From positions 32,001-96,000 of IMG/VR virus record IMGVR_UViG_3300009103_001934: a stretch of 64,000 bases of DNA; one strand, written 5' to 3'. This stretch comes from a virus. Below, in pieces: positions 29,057-38,872 of this stretch. A model generated the notes under the pieces. That model worked only from the letters and a program-made list of their open reading frames with translations. It ran no database searches and was not told the DNA's origin. The position numbers and the translations under genes were made by a program. Numbering within the stretch: position 1 is the first letter of the stretch; the number at the start of each line of letters is the position of its first letter.

Positions 29057-29720
29057 AAAGCCCACGAAGTATGATTCTCTTTTTGTGCTGAAGCAAGCAG
29101 GCTTAAATCCTAAGACGATTTTTGATATTGGGGGCGGATATAGCGGCACTCCATCGTTAGCTCACCGTTTTCAAGAGTCAAAGCACGTGATATTTGAACC
29201 AAAAGAAGAGTATGGCGAAAGTATAATGAAAGAATATATTGATAACGTTAACCAGTTTGAGTTAGTATTCGAAGAGATGGGGGATTCATGGTCAAATAGT
29301 TTAAATCATTTTGTAAAAGATAAAAATTATGATGACCCCTATTTAATTAAAATAGATGTAGATGGAAACGATTACGTCGTCTTACAAGGGTGTACGGATT
29401 TATTAAGTAAGACCGACTGCGTTATAGTGGAAAGTAATATATTTAGATTTTGGATGACGGAAGATCACGCTTACAGCAACCGAGACGTCGCTAGCTTTAT
29501 TGCTTTACTAGAGGGTTATAATTTTTTTCTTTTTGATATAACAGACCCACTTTATATAGATGGATTTTTAAATACGGTAGATTTAATTTTTTACAAGAAG
29601 GATAAATTTGACATAAAAACCATGAGGCCGGATTGGAGCACAAAAAAAGACAGGAAAATGCAAAGAATATTCTACGAAGACAATCGACCGTCTAAGGAGC
29701 TTATAGAAAATGTTAATTAG
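29034..29720 (+). CDS. FkbM-like methyltransferase
   Basis: IFDIGGG, IFEP, LIKIDVDGND..VLQG. Confidence 0.7.
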   Translation: MKKELEFRKPTKYDSLFVLKQAGLNPKTIFDIGGGYSGTPSLAHRFQESKHVIFEPKEEYGESIMKEYIDNVNQFELVFEEMGDSWSNSLNHFVKDKNYDDPYLIKIDVDGNDYVVLQGCTDLLSKTDCVIVESNIFRFWMTEDHAYSNRDVASFIALLEGYNFFLFDITDPLYIDGFLNTVDLIFYKKDKFDIKTMRPDWSTKKDRKMQRIFYEDNRPSKELIENVN

Positions 29721-30690
29721 AAACGCATTCACTGAAGGCAGGCACCCCTTTTCTGTGCTCTATAAGGGCAATCTAAATCTCTACGTAATAGCGGGGGGGG
29801 TTATGCAGGGATTCGATGCATTACAGTTCGCAACAGAGAAAGATAGATTTATTTCCCTTACTCCATTCGATGCCGGAGAGTATACTTGGAAGAACGAAAT
29901 AAAAGAGTGCGACGATTTAGGAGTAGACATTAATAATATTTTCTACCTATGCAACTACCCAAAGCAATTTGAAGAGTGTAAGTCGTTTGGTATAAACTGT
30001 TCGTACATAGGGGAGAGTAGTTATGTAGACTGGGATTTCTGGAAACCCATGGATATAAGTAAGTCGTATGACGGGCTCTTAAGTTGTAGACCTAATAAGC
30101 ACAAAAGGCCTTGGTTAGCAAGTAAAGTAAAGAACTTGGCTGTGGTTGTCGGCGGGATAACTTCATGGGAAAAATTCCACGGAGAAATAGACATGAGAGA
30201 TATACCCCACGCATTTATTAATGAGAGAGGTTTAAGTCCAGAAGAAATGAGAGAGCTCCATAATTTATCAAGAGCTTATGTTTGTACCTCTTTAACAGAG
30301 GGGGCCTGCAGAAGCTCTTCGCAGTCTTTACTGTGCGGTGTGCCAGTTATATCGATGAGTGACGCCACGGGCGGCAGGGAAGTTTATTATAATAAATACA
30401 ACTCTATTATTTGCGAGCCGACTCAAGAAGCGGTTAAGGATGCCGTAGAGCAAGCGGTCAAAAAGAAATGGGACAGAGAAAAAATAAGAAAGAATTATCT
30501 TGATCAAGCTATGAGTTTTAGAAGGGAGACTTATCAACTTATAGAAAAAATTCTATCAGAGGGAGACATCAAAGAAAGCGGAGAGGAGCTTTTTACGAAG
30601 GCTTATCGGGGCGAACAGGGTTTTGGTTACTTTAGAAGCGGTTACCCGAGAGTGAGAGAAATCAAGGACTTAATGTCAAATAATGTGTAA
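29710..30690 (+). CDS. GT-B (GT4-like) glycosyltransferase
   Basis: KHKRPW, LSRAYVCTSLTEGACRSSSQSLLCGVPVIS. Confidence 0.7.
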   Translation: MLIRNAFTEGRHPFSVLYKGNLNLYVIAGGVMQGFDALQFATEKDRFISLTPFDAGEYTWKNEIKECDDLGVDINNIFYLCNYPKQFEECKSFGINCSYIGESSYVDWDFWKPMDISKSYDGLLSCRPNKHKRPWLASKVKNLAVVVGGITSWEKFHGEIDMRDIPHAFINERGLSPEEMRELHNLSRAYVCTSLTEGACRSSSQSLLCGVPVISMSDATGGREVYYNKYNSIICEPTQEAVKDAVEQAVKKKWDREKIRKNYLDQAMSFRRETYQLIEKILSEGDIKESGEELFTKAYRGEQGFGYFRSGYPRVREIKDLMSNNV

Positions 30691-30700
30691 ACTATTATGA

Positions 30701-31282
30701 GTGATAATATCACACAAACACAAGTTTGTTTATGCTGCCATACCTAAGACGGCGTCGCTGTCTATCAAGACAGCGCTACCACACCCAGATGTTGAGCCCT
30801 ACGATGATCACGTAAAACTTTCTCGTATTTCGGAGCTATTTAAATCTGAAGGCTGGGACCAGAGTCAGTATTTTACTTTTTTAAGTTACAGAAATCCTTG
30901 GGCTATGGTAGTATCTTGTTATGAATACTCCGTTGCTAGACCAGATCATGTCACACATGAATTATATTCTTCTATGACTTTTGAAGAGCACGTGAAAGAA
31001 AATGAATTTTATAGAGGGTACATATTTAATCGCGCCAATCGCGCCGGGTTTGGAGTAGATGAACAGGGCAGGATCTTATACGACTTTATCCTTAAAACTG
31101 AGACGTTTAAAAGAGACTGGGGATATATTTGTAAAAAAATAGGGGTCGATTATAAATCTCCAGAGAGAAAAAATGTAACAGAACATCCGCATTATTCAAC
31201 ATATTATAACGAAAAAACTAAAAATATAGTTGCCGAAGCATACCAAAAAGAGATAGAATACTTTAGATATAAGTTTATCTAA
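30701..31282 (+). CDS. Sulfotransferase family 2
   Basis: HKFVYAAIPKTAS (5'-PSB) and YRNPWAMVVSCY (3'-PB) motifs. Confidence 0.85.
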   Translation: MIISHKHKFVYAAIPKTASLSIKTALPHPDVEPYDDHVKLSRISELFKSEGWDQSQYFTFLSYRNPWAMVVSCYEYSVARPDHVTHELYSSMTFEEHVKENEFYRGYIFNRANRAGFGVDEQGRILYDFILKTETFKRDWGYICKKIGVDYKSPERKNVTEHPHYSTYYNEKTKNIVAEAYQKEIEYFRYKFI

Positions 31283-31285
31283 ATT

Positions 31286-31804
31286 ATGTACGAAGATGTT
31301 AAGTGTTTACTGTCCGAAGAAGATAAGCAAGTTCTTTTGAATTTATCTGAAGAATGTCGCGCGTTAGAAGGGGACTATTTAGAAATAGGTTGTTATGAGG
31401 GTGGGTCCACGTTACACATATGTCATAACATGCCTCAAGATAAGAAGTTGCACGTTTTTGATTTTTATTACAGAGAATATTTCGAAGATAATATCATAAA
31501 ACATCGCATCAAAGATAAAATTATTTTTTACCAAGGAGATTTTACCGAAACATATAACGATTTACCTCCGGATGATAGATTTGCGTTTATATTTGTAGAT
31601 AATAATCATAGTTATGATAATACCAGAATTCCCATGGAAAGACTATGGCCGCGACTAAACGCGGGGGGATACATGCTATTTCATGACTACGGCCATATAA
31701 ATTACCCCGGGGTTAAAGATTATTTGGATTCGTTACCCGAACAAAAAGACAGGGAGCTAATAGGAAAAATGGGCTGCTCATTTGGGTTTAAAAAGAAAAA
31801 ATGA
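31286..31804 (+). CDS. Class I methyltransferase (TylF/Methyltransf_24-like)
   Basis: YLEIGCYEGGS, FIFVDNNHSY, GGYMLFHDY. Confidence 0.82.
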   Translation: MYEDVKCLLSEEDKQVLLNLSEECRALEGDYLEIGCYEGGSTLHICHNMPQDKKLHVFDFYYREYFEDNIIKHRIKDKIIFYQGDFTETYNDLPPDDRFAFIFVDNNHSYDNTRIPMERLWPRLNAGGYMLFHDYGHINYPGVKDYLDSLPEQKDRELIGKMGCSFGFKKKK

Positions 31805-32757
31805 ACGGGATAACTCAATATAAAAACGTTTTCGTTCACGGAAGGAGTGGGCTAGTCGTAGACGAGCACCATAACCTTATAGACCACCCCCTAAACTCAC
31901 ATTATTGGAGACACGCTTATCCACTTCGAGTGATAAACCCTCCGCCGGGCGTACTCGCAGAGAGCACGGACTTTAAGTTAGAGCACATGAAGGCTATGAT
32001 ACGAGATAACCAAGTCATAGAACTAGAGGAGCAAAAATATTGCTTCGCTTTACCTTGGTTTCCCATGTATGCCTATGGACACGTACATGACGCAACCCAA
32101 TACCTTAAAGACTATGAGGATAACGGGCTCACAGGAAGCACTTTGCTAGTGCGTGCTGAAACTCCTCATATTTTTAACTTTTTTAGTGATCATCTTCATA
32201 CGTTTGGCTTTAACTCTTTAAGGACGCTTCCACTAACAGATAAGGTGTTCTTTGTAAAAGAAATAACTTTTTCTAACCATGATGCCTTTCCTTCTCAAAT
32301 AGATCCAGACAAATTAGAATGGCTTCGTGAAAAATATTATAAAAAATACAAACCAGAGGAGAAATTTTTTAACAAAAATCTTTTTCTAACTAGGCCTCGC
32401 AGGGTAATGTTGAATGAGGACGAGATCTGGAACTACTTAAAAGATAAAAATTTTATCAAAGTAGACGGGTCGGAAGGGCTAGCTAGACATATTTCTTTAT
32501 TTCACAAACCAAATTTGGTGATCGGGTGTCATGGAAGTCTATTCAGGAATTTATTATATAGCAATAGAGATAACGACTCGGTTTATTATGAGTACTGTAG
32601 TAGAAACAGACCAGATCAAGCGCAGGTAATGCTTGCGAAAACCTGCGGGATAAAAAAGTATGAACAAATACTCGTAGATGCAGATAAAGAAGATAATATC
32701 GCACCCAACTTAAAAAAAATTAAGAATATTGTAGAAAACACCTTTAAATTTTATTAA
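31801..32757 (+). CDS. GT61/DUF563-like glycosyltransferase
   Basis: YGHVH, LFLTRPRRVMLNEDE, LVIGCHGSLFRNLLY. Confidence 0.7.
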   Translation: MNGITQYKNVFVHGRSGLVVDEHHNLIDHPLNSHYWRHAYPLRVINPPPGVLAESTDFKLEHMKAMIRDNQVIELEEQKYCFALPWFPMYAYGHVHDATQYLKDYEDNGLTGSTLLVRAETPHIFNFFSDHLHTFGFNSLRTLPLTDKVFFVKEITFSNHDAFPSQIDPDKLEWLREKYYKKYKPEEKFFNKNLFLTRPRRVMLNEDEIWNYLKDKNFIKVDGSEGLARHISLFHKPNLVIGCHGSLFRNLLYSNRDNDSVYYEYCSRNRPDQAQVMLAKTCGIKKYEQILVDADKEDNIAPNLKKIKNIVENTFKFY

Positions 32758-32777
32758 TAGCATGTTATAATTAAGTG

Positions 32778-33623
32778 ATGAAGATAGGTATTGTTGGCAA
32801 CGGTTACGTAGGGGGAGCAACCGCCCTATTAAAGAACAGAAATGTCGAGGTATTAGTATATGACATAGATGCCGAGAAATGTAGCCCGAAAGGGATAAGT
32901 ATGGACGACATAGCGGGCTGTTCGTTTGTTTTTGTGTGCGTGCCTACACCCATGGATCAAGATGGAAAATGCAGTCTCGTTTTAGTGGAGGGAGTTATAG
33001 ATGATTTGGCTAGTCGCGGCTTTGATAAAGGCAGAGCAGTCATAAAGTCCACGGTTCCTGTCGGAACCTCCAGAAGACTGGGAACGATGTTCATGCCAGA
33101 ATTTTTAACGGAACAAAATTGGAAGCATGATTTTTTGTCGCAGAAAACTTGGATACTCGGGACAAATGAAAGAGACGACAAGATAAGAGACGAAATCTAT
33201 GCGATTTTTGACGCAGCTTGGCATGATGGAGTGTTAACGCATAGGCCGCACATGACTTTCTCTACAACAGAGGAAGCGGAGCTTACAAAATATGTTAGAA
33301 ATACTTTTTTGGCAACCAAGGTGGCGTTCTTTAATGAGATAGAGCACTTTTGCAGGACCGCTAACGTTAGTTACCGTAAGGTAAGAGAGCTTACATTATA
33401 CGATGATCGAATAGGGGACACGCATACCTCCGTGCCCGGACCGGACGGTAAGAGAGGGTTTGGGGGCACTTGTTTCCCCAAAGATATTTCATCGTTGCTG
33501 CACCAAATATTAGATAAAGGAATGGTGTCCTACGTATTAATGGCCGCAAGAAACAGAAATATTGATGTGGACAGGCAAGAAAAAGACTGGGAACGTGACA
33601 AAGGAAGAGCCGTAGTTGAATAA
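32778..33623 (+). CDS. UDP-glucose/GDP-mannose dehydrogenase family (short form)
   Basis: IGIVGNGYVG, VCVPTP, IKSTVPVG, PEFL, GFGGTCFPKD; TGnTATAAT 6 nt upstream of the ATG. Confidence 0.9.
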   Translation: MKIGIVGNGYVGGATALLKNRNVEVLVYDIDAEKCSPKGISMDDIAGCSFVFVCVPTPMDQDGKCSLVLVEGVIDDLASRGFDKGRAVIKSTVPVGTSRRLGTMFMPEFLTEQNWKHDFLSQKTWILGTNERDDKIRDEIYAIFDAAWHDGVLTHRPHMTFSTTEEAELTKYVRNTFLATKVAFFNEIEHFCRTANVSYRKVRELTLYDDRIGDTHTSVPGPDGKRGFGGTCFPKDISSLLHQILDKGMVSYVLMAARNRNIDVDRQEKDWERDKGRAVVE

Positions 33624-34713
33624 AAAGGACGGAAAAAAGTTAAAAGATTTTTACAAACGCTTAGAGCAGGAAGAAAAAACGTTTGTTGGGTATCCTGTAA
33701 ACTCGTCCTTTGATTATTCGGAGCTATTTGATTTTTTATCTATACCCTTAAATAACGTGGGGGATCCGTTTAGTTCTAGCTACTATGGACTAGACTCTAG
33801 AGATTTTGAAAAAGAAGTGCTAGACTGGTTTTCTAAATTATACAAAGCGCCCTCGGAAAATTATTGGGGATACGTAACTAACGGTGGGACGGAGGGTAAT
33901 TTGTATGGGCTTTATTTGGCCAGAGAATTGTATCCGAAGGGAGTAGTTTATTATTCTCAAGACACGCACTATAGCGTAAGCAAAAACATACGAGTGCTTA
34001 ACATGGAGCACGTTATGATAAAGTCTAGGCTTAATGGAGAAATGGACTACGAAGACTTGTCTAACATGATGTCGACTTGGAGGAGCGCGCCGCCAATAAT
34101 TTTTGCCAACGTGGGAACGACGATGAGAGAGGGGTTTGACAGTATATGTGAAATCAAAAAGGCGCTAAAGAAGCTGGCGATACCAGAATATTATATTCAT
34201 GTAGACGCAGCGTTAGGGGGCATGACTTTACCCTTCATAGATAATGCGCCGCCTTTTGATTTTACAACGGGAGTACAAAGCATGTCTATTAGCGGCCATA
34301 AGTTAATTGGTTCACCGATTCCTTGCGGTATAGTTTTAGCGCTAAAAAGTAATGTAGGCAGGGTTTCTAGAGCAGTTGAGTATGTTGGTTCACTGGACAG
34401 CACTATTAGCGGCTCACGTAATGGTTTTACCCCACTAGTGCTTTGGTATGCTATAAAAAAATATGGCTTTAATGGTTTTAAAAAGGTAGTCAGATACTGC
34501 GTAAGAACAGCGGATTATGCGACGCGAAAAATGAATGAGGCAGGAATAAAAGCTTGGAAAAATGATCATGCTATAACAGTGGTCTTTCCCAGACCTAAAG
34601 AAGAGATAGTAAAAAAGTGGAAGCTAGCCGTACAGGATGATATAGCTCACATTATTTGTATGCCCCAAGTTACGAGGCCCACAATCGATAAGATCATTAA
34701 AGACCTAAATTAA
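33616..34713 (+). CDS. PLP-dependent group II decarboxylase, histidine/serine decarboxylase clade
   Basis: GYPVN, NNVGDPF, WGYVTNGGTEGN, THYS, HVDAA, SISGHK (PLP Lys), SGSRNG. Confidence 0.9.
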   Translation: MNKKDGKKLKDFYKRLEQEEKTFVGYPVNSSFDYSELFDFLSIPLNNVGDPFSSSYYGLDSRDFEKEVLDWFSKLYKAPSENYWGYVTNGGTEGNLYGLYLARELYPKGVVYYSQDTHYSVSKNIRVLNMEHVMIKSRLNGEMDYEDLSNMMSTWRSAPPIIFANVGTTMREGFDSICEIKKALKKLAIPEYYIHVDAALGGMTLPFIDNAPPFDFTTGVQSMSISGHKLIGSPIPCGIVLALKSNVGRVSRAVEYVGSLDSTISGSRNGFTPLVLWYAIKKYGFNGFKKVVRYCVRTADYATRKMNEAGIKAWKNDHAITVVFPRPKEEIVKKWKLAVQDDIAHIICMPQVTRPTIDKIIKDLN

Positions 34714-35436
34714 TTTAGTCCACCCAAATCTTACGTAGTCATTAGACCATTTGTATCTTGGAAAATCTTCCTCTCCCCGTTCAGCTTCGGTTTCTTGCGC
34801 GTGTTTTCGAATCAGCATATGATTGTGATGAGGGTCTCTGATTATGGGAGCGACACCGTCTTCATTAAGCTCTAGCGGGCTTTCCCCACCGAGTAGGACA
34901 TGTTTTTTAATATCAACAATCCTGCCCTCCTCGTTTCTCAACCAAAATAAGTGATCAGTATAACCATAGTGGCCCACCAAGTCCTCTTCGCATCCTCCAA
35001 TTTTCCAGTAATCTTCGGTTTTCATCATGCACACAGCGGGGTGTTCAAATCTGTGCGCGCAACTGTAGCTTTTAGATTTTAATCGCTTGTCTTTCTCTAT
35101 TAACTTTAGTAATTCTTTAGCTATGTTTCCATGGATAATCGTATCCATGTCCAATATCATTATGTATTCCGTTTCAGCTAGTCGAGCGCCAAGGTTTCTA
35201 CATCCACTTATATTGCAAACCAAATCATCTTCAACCCTGTAGAGAGACAGAGATAGCCCTTCTGTATCTTCTTCGTCTATTACAGGTTTCGCTGGGAGCT
35301 CCTTACTATGATCGTCTATAATTTGAAAATGAATTAAGTCCTTCACTTCTTGGGGATAATCTCTCCAAACTCCGAGGGTGTACTTTAAACAGTCAGCTTG
35401 ATTGTAGTATGATAATAGATATGTAATTTTTTTCAT
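34705..35436 (-). CDS. GT2/GT7-like glycosyltransferase
   Basis: IIDDHS, RNLGA, ILDMD (DxD), IGGCEEDLVGHYGYTD. Confidence 0.7.
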   Translation of the reverse strand: MKKITYLLSYYNQADCLKYTLGVWRDYPQEVKDLIHFQIIDDHSKELPAKPVIDEEDTEGLSLSLYRVEDDLVCNISGCRNLGARLAETEYIMILDMDTIIHGNIAKELLKLIEKDKRLKSKSYSCAHRFEHPAVCMMKTEDYWKIGGCEEDLVGHYGYTDHLFWLRNEEGRIVDIKKHVLLGGESPLELNEDGVAPIIRDPHHNHMLIRKHAQETEAERGEEDFPRYKWSNDYVRFGWTKLI

Positions 35437-35440
35437 GATT

Positions 35441-35995
35441 TTAAAAAATAACTAAAGCCTTAACGTCCTTGACGGGGAGTAGTCCATACCACGATACGGG
35501 TCTATTGTCGCCTATAATCCAGACGTACCCCTTGGGCACGGTTAACTCTGCTTCCTCTACGTTTCTAGTCACCTTTTCATTTGTGCCCCAAAAATATAAA
35601 TCATTATCATTTTCATCTACTAGTTGCATAGTAACTTTTCCCTTACCATAGGTGCCGCCTGCTTCTTTATCATTTACATAAATTAATCCCTCTTTAATTT
35701 TAATCCGATCTCCCGCCAAACCAATAACTCTTTTACTTAATTTTTCTTTTTCTTTTCGATCTAAAATTATAATAACGTCCCATCTAGAGGGCTCCCAATC
35801 TCTGCCCAAGTTCCTTACGTTCTGCACTATAACCATCTCTCCATCCATGTAAGTCGGCTCCATGCTCTCACCTACAGTATAAACAAAGCCATATTTGTAG
35901 CCAAAAAAGCAATACCATGAAAAAAGCATTAAAATTAATAAAATTGACGCACTACGAAGCTTACTTTTTGATAAGTATTCTTTAAGTTTTAACAT
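35441..35995 (-). CDS. lepB: Signal peptidase I (S26)
   Basis: N-terminal TM, GESMEPT (catalytic Ser), LSKRVIGLAGD (catalytic Lys), GDNRPVS. Confidence 0.9.
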   Translation of the reverse strand: MLKLKEYLSKSKLRSASILLILMLFSWYCFFGYKYGFVYTVGESMEPTYMDGEMVIVQNVRNLGRDWEPSRWDVIIILDRKEKEKLSKRVIGLAGDRIKIKEGLIYVNDKEAGGTYGKGKVTMQLVDENDNDLYFWGTNEKVTRNVEEAELTVPKGYVWIIGDNRPVSWYGLLPVKDVKALVIF

Positions 35996-36091
35996 GTTCT
36001 CAGGTATAATTATAGCACATTATACCAGAAAAGTGTATATAATATTAGACACATAATTAATTGAGCTCCTTCACAAGGGGCTATTTTTATC

Positions 36092-36358
36092 ATGAAAAAG
36101 AGAAGAACAAAGAAGAAGGCCCCCTCGCTAAGCTTGTGGGGTAAATTAAAATTGAAACTCAGCCACCTAAAAGAGTGGAGCTTGGAAAAGTGGGATTCCC
36201 TCTGGTTTAATTTAGGAGACGAAGAGCTACAATCAGGATTATTGTTAATTCTTTTTGGTATAGTTTTGCATTTTGGCTGTTTAGATTTCGAGTCGGCAGT
36301 TAAATGGCTAGCACTATTATGGGGCTCCAAAAAGGTGTGGGATGTAGTGAAGCATTAA
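36092..36358 (+). CDS. Small membrane protein
   Basis: Basic N-terminus, hydrophobic SGLLLILFGIVLHFG. Confidence 0.55.
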   Translation: MKKRRTKKKAPSLSLWGKLKLKLSHLKEWSLEKWDSLWFNLGDEELQSGLLLILFGIVLHFGCLDFESAVKWLALLWGSKKVWDVVKH

Positions 36359-36379
36359 TCTCACAAACTTTTTTTTAAA

Positions 36380-36412
36380 AAGCGAGGCCTATTGGGTTTC
36401 GCTTATTTTTTT
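36380..36412 (+). terminator. Rho-independent terminator
   Basis: 11-bp stem 36380-36390/36394-36404 with G-T pairs, then A and T7. Confidence 0.6.
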
Positions 36413-36430
36413 AGTGTAAACATATATAGT

Positions 36431-36721
36431 ATGGATACTCAACTTCTTGTGAATATTTTATTCGGCGTTCTTGTTACCGTTGCGGGCTGGCTTTTCAAGG
36501 TCATGTACAATCAGATAAGAGACATGGAGACAGAAGTTAACGACGTCGAAGACAAGCATGATTCGGACCATAGACTTGTCACAAAGCAGATTAATGATTT
36601 AGCTCTTTCCCTTCCCGAAAAGTATGTTAACAAAGAAGATTTTACTAATTTAGTTAAAGTTGTGCATCATAGATTTGATAGGCTCGAAGAAAAAATAGAC
36701 GAGTTAAAGTCGAATGGATAA
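36431..36721 (+). CDS. Membrane-anchored coiled-coil protein (phage holin-associated type)
   Basis: N-terminal TM, then YVNKEDF...FDRLEEKIDEL; ATG 36431, 12 nt after GTGTA. Confidence 0.6.
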   Translation: MDTQLLVNILFGVLVTVAGWLFKVMYNQIRDMETEVNDVEDKHDSDHRLVTKQINDLALSLPEKYVNKEDFTNLVKVVHHRFDRLEEKIDELKSNG

Positions 36722-36944
36722 AAAATTAACACATACTATACAATTCAACGGCTTGTTTGTGGAGGTATATGACAAAGATCCAACTGAAAATTTTTGGAAA
36801 GATAAAAAAATATATATTTACGATTGCCTAAGCGACCTTTCAGAAAAAGAAAGGGATAGTATAATTAATTACCTGTATGAAGAAGGGTTCGTTGATGATA
36901 GAAGAATAGAGTTTGAGGTTATTAGGGGTGAAGACTATTTCTAA
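36714..36944 (+). CDS. Hypothetical protein
   Basis: ORF overlapping the upstream stop. Confidence 0.6.
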   Translation: MDKKLTHTIQFNGLFVEVYDKDPTENFWKDKKIYIYDCLSDLSEKERDSIINYLYEEGFVDDRRIEFEVIRGEDYF

Positions 36945-37260
36945 TAGATTTTATTTGCCCTAATAAATTTAGAGTATTTTCGCACCTAATGTGAGGCGTT
37001 TGAATCGTCATCGGATAATTATTTTTAGTATCAACCCTCACTCCCTCCACTCTCCATTCAGGAATGACGATGTCATCTATAAAATCAAACCACCCCTTTC
37101 TTTTCAGAAACTTCCAATAAATATCTACCATTTCTTGTTCTGATTCTAAAACTACGTCATAATCTAACTCTTTTTTAGCCATCATAGTAAGGAAACGAAA
37201 GTACAGCCCCTCTGAGGGAGGGTCGGAGCTTAGCTCTGCAGTAATAATCAAATTCATCAT
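36922..37260 (-). CDS. Hypothetical protein
   Basis: ORF with GTGTA motif 7 nt upstream on the minus strand. Confidence 0.6.
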   Translation of the reverse strand: MMNLIITAELSSDPPSEGLYFRFLTMMAKKELDYDVVLESEQEMVDIYWKFLKRKGWFDFIDDIVIPEWRVEGVRVDTKNNYPMTIQTPHIRCENTLNLLGQIKSIRNSLHP

Positions 37261-37337
37261 AATAATTTACACTAAAAAGTAACTAAAAATTTAATTTGCT
37301 TGTCGTGCTATAGTATAATATATTTAATTAAAGAGTT

Positions 37338-38285
37338 ATGAAAACTTTATTCGCCACTATCCTCGGTCTCACCATCGCAACGTCATCGTTTGCGGCTGAG
37401 AAGAAACAGTCCACGGCAGAACATCTTCAGAACGTTTCTGTCACAATTAGATCCGAAGGCCAATTCTCTAATGGAGAAGGGTCGGGGGTAATCTTTAGTC
37501 GAAAAGATAAAGATGGTAATTTGGTGAATTTAGTATGGACCGCCGGTCATGTTATAGATAACTTAAGGTCTACTAGAAAGACGGTGATAAATGGTACATC
37601 GAAAACGATCGTAGAGTTTAAAGATCCGATGGTCGTAAAAGAAATCAGGCAAAACGGAAGGACCGTCGGTAGATTACAAATGGACGCAGAGGTGTTAAAA
37701 TACTCAGACGCCAAAGACGGACACGATCTCGCATTATTGCGCGTGAGAAAGTTAAATTTTGTTACAGATACGGTGGCCTTTTATCTTGATAAAGAGATTC
37801 CCCCGTTAGGCACAGACCTTTTACACGTTGGTTCGCTATTAGGGCAAATGGGAGCGAACAGTATGACTGATGGTATCTACTCTCAGCACGGTAGACTAAT
37901 TAAGTCATTAAATAAATTCGTGTTCGATCAGACAACTTGTACGGCGTTCCCCGGATCGAGTGGAGGTGGAGTATATTTAAAAAAAGACGCTAGATATGTA
38001 GGAATGTTGGTCCGTGGAGCGGGAGAGGGCTTTAATCTTATCGTGCCGGTGCGCAGGATGGTTGAGTACGCGGAAAAGCATAAAATTATGTGGGCATTAG
38101 ACAAAAATGTACCTATGCCTAGCGAAGATGATCTAAAAAAGATGCCTGTAGAACACGAACCGAAAGCGAAGAGCGATAAAGATGACGACACGGCAGACGA
38201 AAAAGCGGCGAAGAAAATGTTTCCATACATGCTTCGAGTAACTTACCCTAAGATCCTTATTTTACAGAAAAAGCCGCTAGATTAA
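37338..38285 (+). CDS. Secreted trypsin-like serine protease (Trypsin_2)
   Basis: Sec signal MKTLFATILGLTIATSSFA; triad TAGH, DLALL, GSSGGG. Confidence 0.9.
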   Translation: MKTLFATILGLTIATSSFAAEKKQSTAEHLQNVSVTIRSEGQFSNGEGSGVIFSRKDKDGNLVNLVWTAGHVIDNLRSTRKTVINGTSKTIVEFKDPMVVKEIRQNGRTVGRLQMDAEVLKYSDAKDGHDLALLRVRKLNFVTDTVAFYLDKEIPPLGTDLLHVGSLLGQMGANSMTDGIYSQHGRLIKSLNKFVFDQTTCTAFPGSSGGGVYLKKDARYVGMLVRGAGEGFNLIVPVRRMVEYAEKHKIMWALDKNVPMPSEDDLKKMPVEHEPKAKSDKDDDTADEKAAKKMFPYMLRVTYPKILILQKKPLD

Positions 38286-38327
38286 GCTATTCCAAGGACC
38301 GAGGGGTATGCCTTGTGGGGTGGAGCG

Positions 38328-38372
38328 AACGTGGCGGGATGTGTAACAACAACCCGCTGCGTTTTTTATTTT
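38328..38372 (+). terminator. Probable Rho-independent terminator
   Basis: 11-bp stem 38328-38338/38353-38363 followed by T-rich tail. Confidence 0.55.
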
Positions 38373-38411
38373 CTTAAACAGTTAATTAGTGTATATAATA
38401 ATGTAGCAAAA

Positions 38412-38804
38412 ATGAAAAAGAGACCTGAACCCATCGAAATAGATTTTACCGATCAGATTAAGGCCAAGAAAAAAGAGTCCACTGCTCGAGTGGATGAATT
38501 AATATCACAAAAGGACTTGGTTGAGACAATCGCCACAGATTTAAGCGCGATCAGGCAAGTAGTGGAAAATTACGGCGGAGAAATCAGCAAGTCTTCAGGC
38601 ATCATAAATAATTCTGATGAAGCTTCATTTATTGATAGCGTTAAAAAATATATTTTCACCTCCAAAGAAGAGGCAACGGAAATGGGCAGGTCAGTGGGAC
38701 TTATAAGTGCTCACGCATATAAAACTCACGATGGTGTAGTGTTGTTCATGCCCGGCCGTAACACCGGAGAGTTTTACGAGTGGTATTGGAAGTCTCATTC
38801 CTAA
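38412..38804 (+). CDS. Hypothetical protein
   Basis: ATG 38412 downstream of the terminator and a GTGTA motif. Confidence 0.6.
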   Translation: MKKRPEPIEIDFTDQIKAKKKESTARVDELISQKDLVETIATDLSAIRQVVENYGGEISKSSGIINNSDEASFIDSVKKYIFTSKEEATEMGRSVGLISAHAYKTHDGVVLFMPGRNTGEFYEWYWKSHS

Positions 38805-38872
38805 TTTTTCCAAGTAAATAAAAAACGTAATTTTTTCCCGAAAGGACTCTTCATTTAAAAGTGGACGATATA

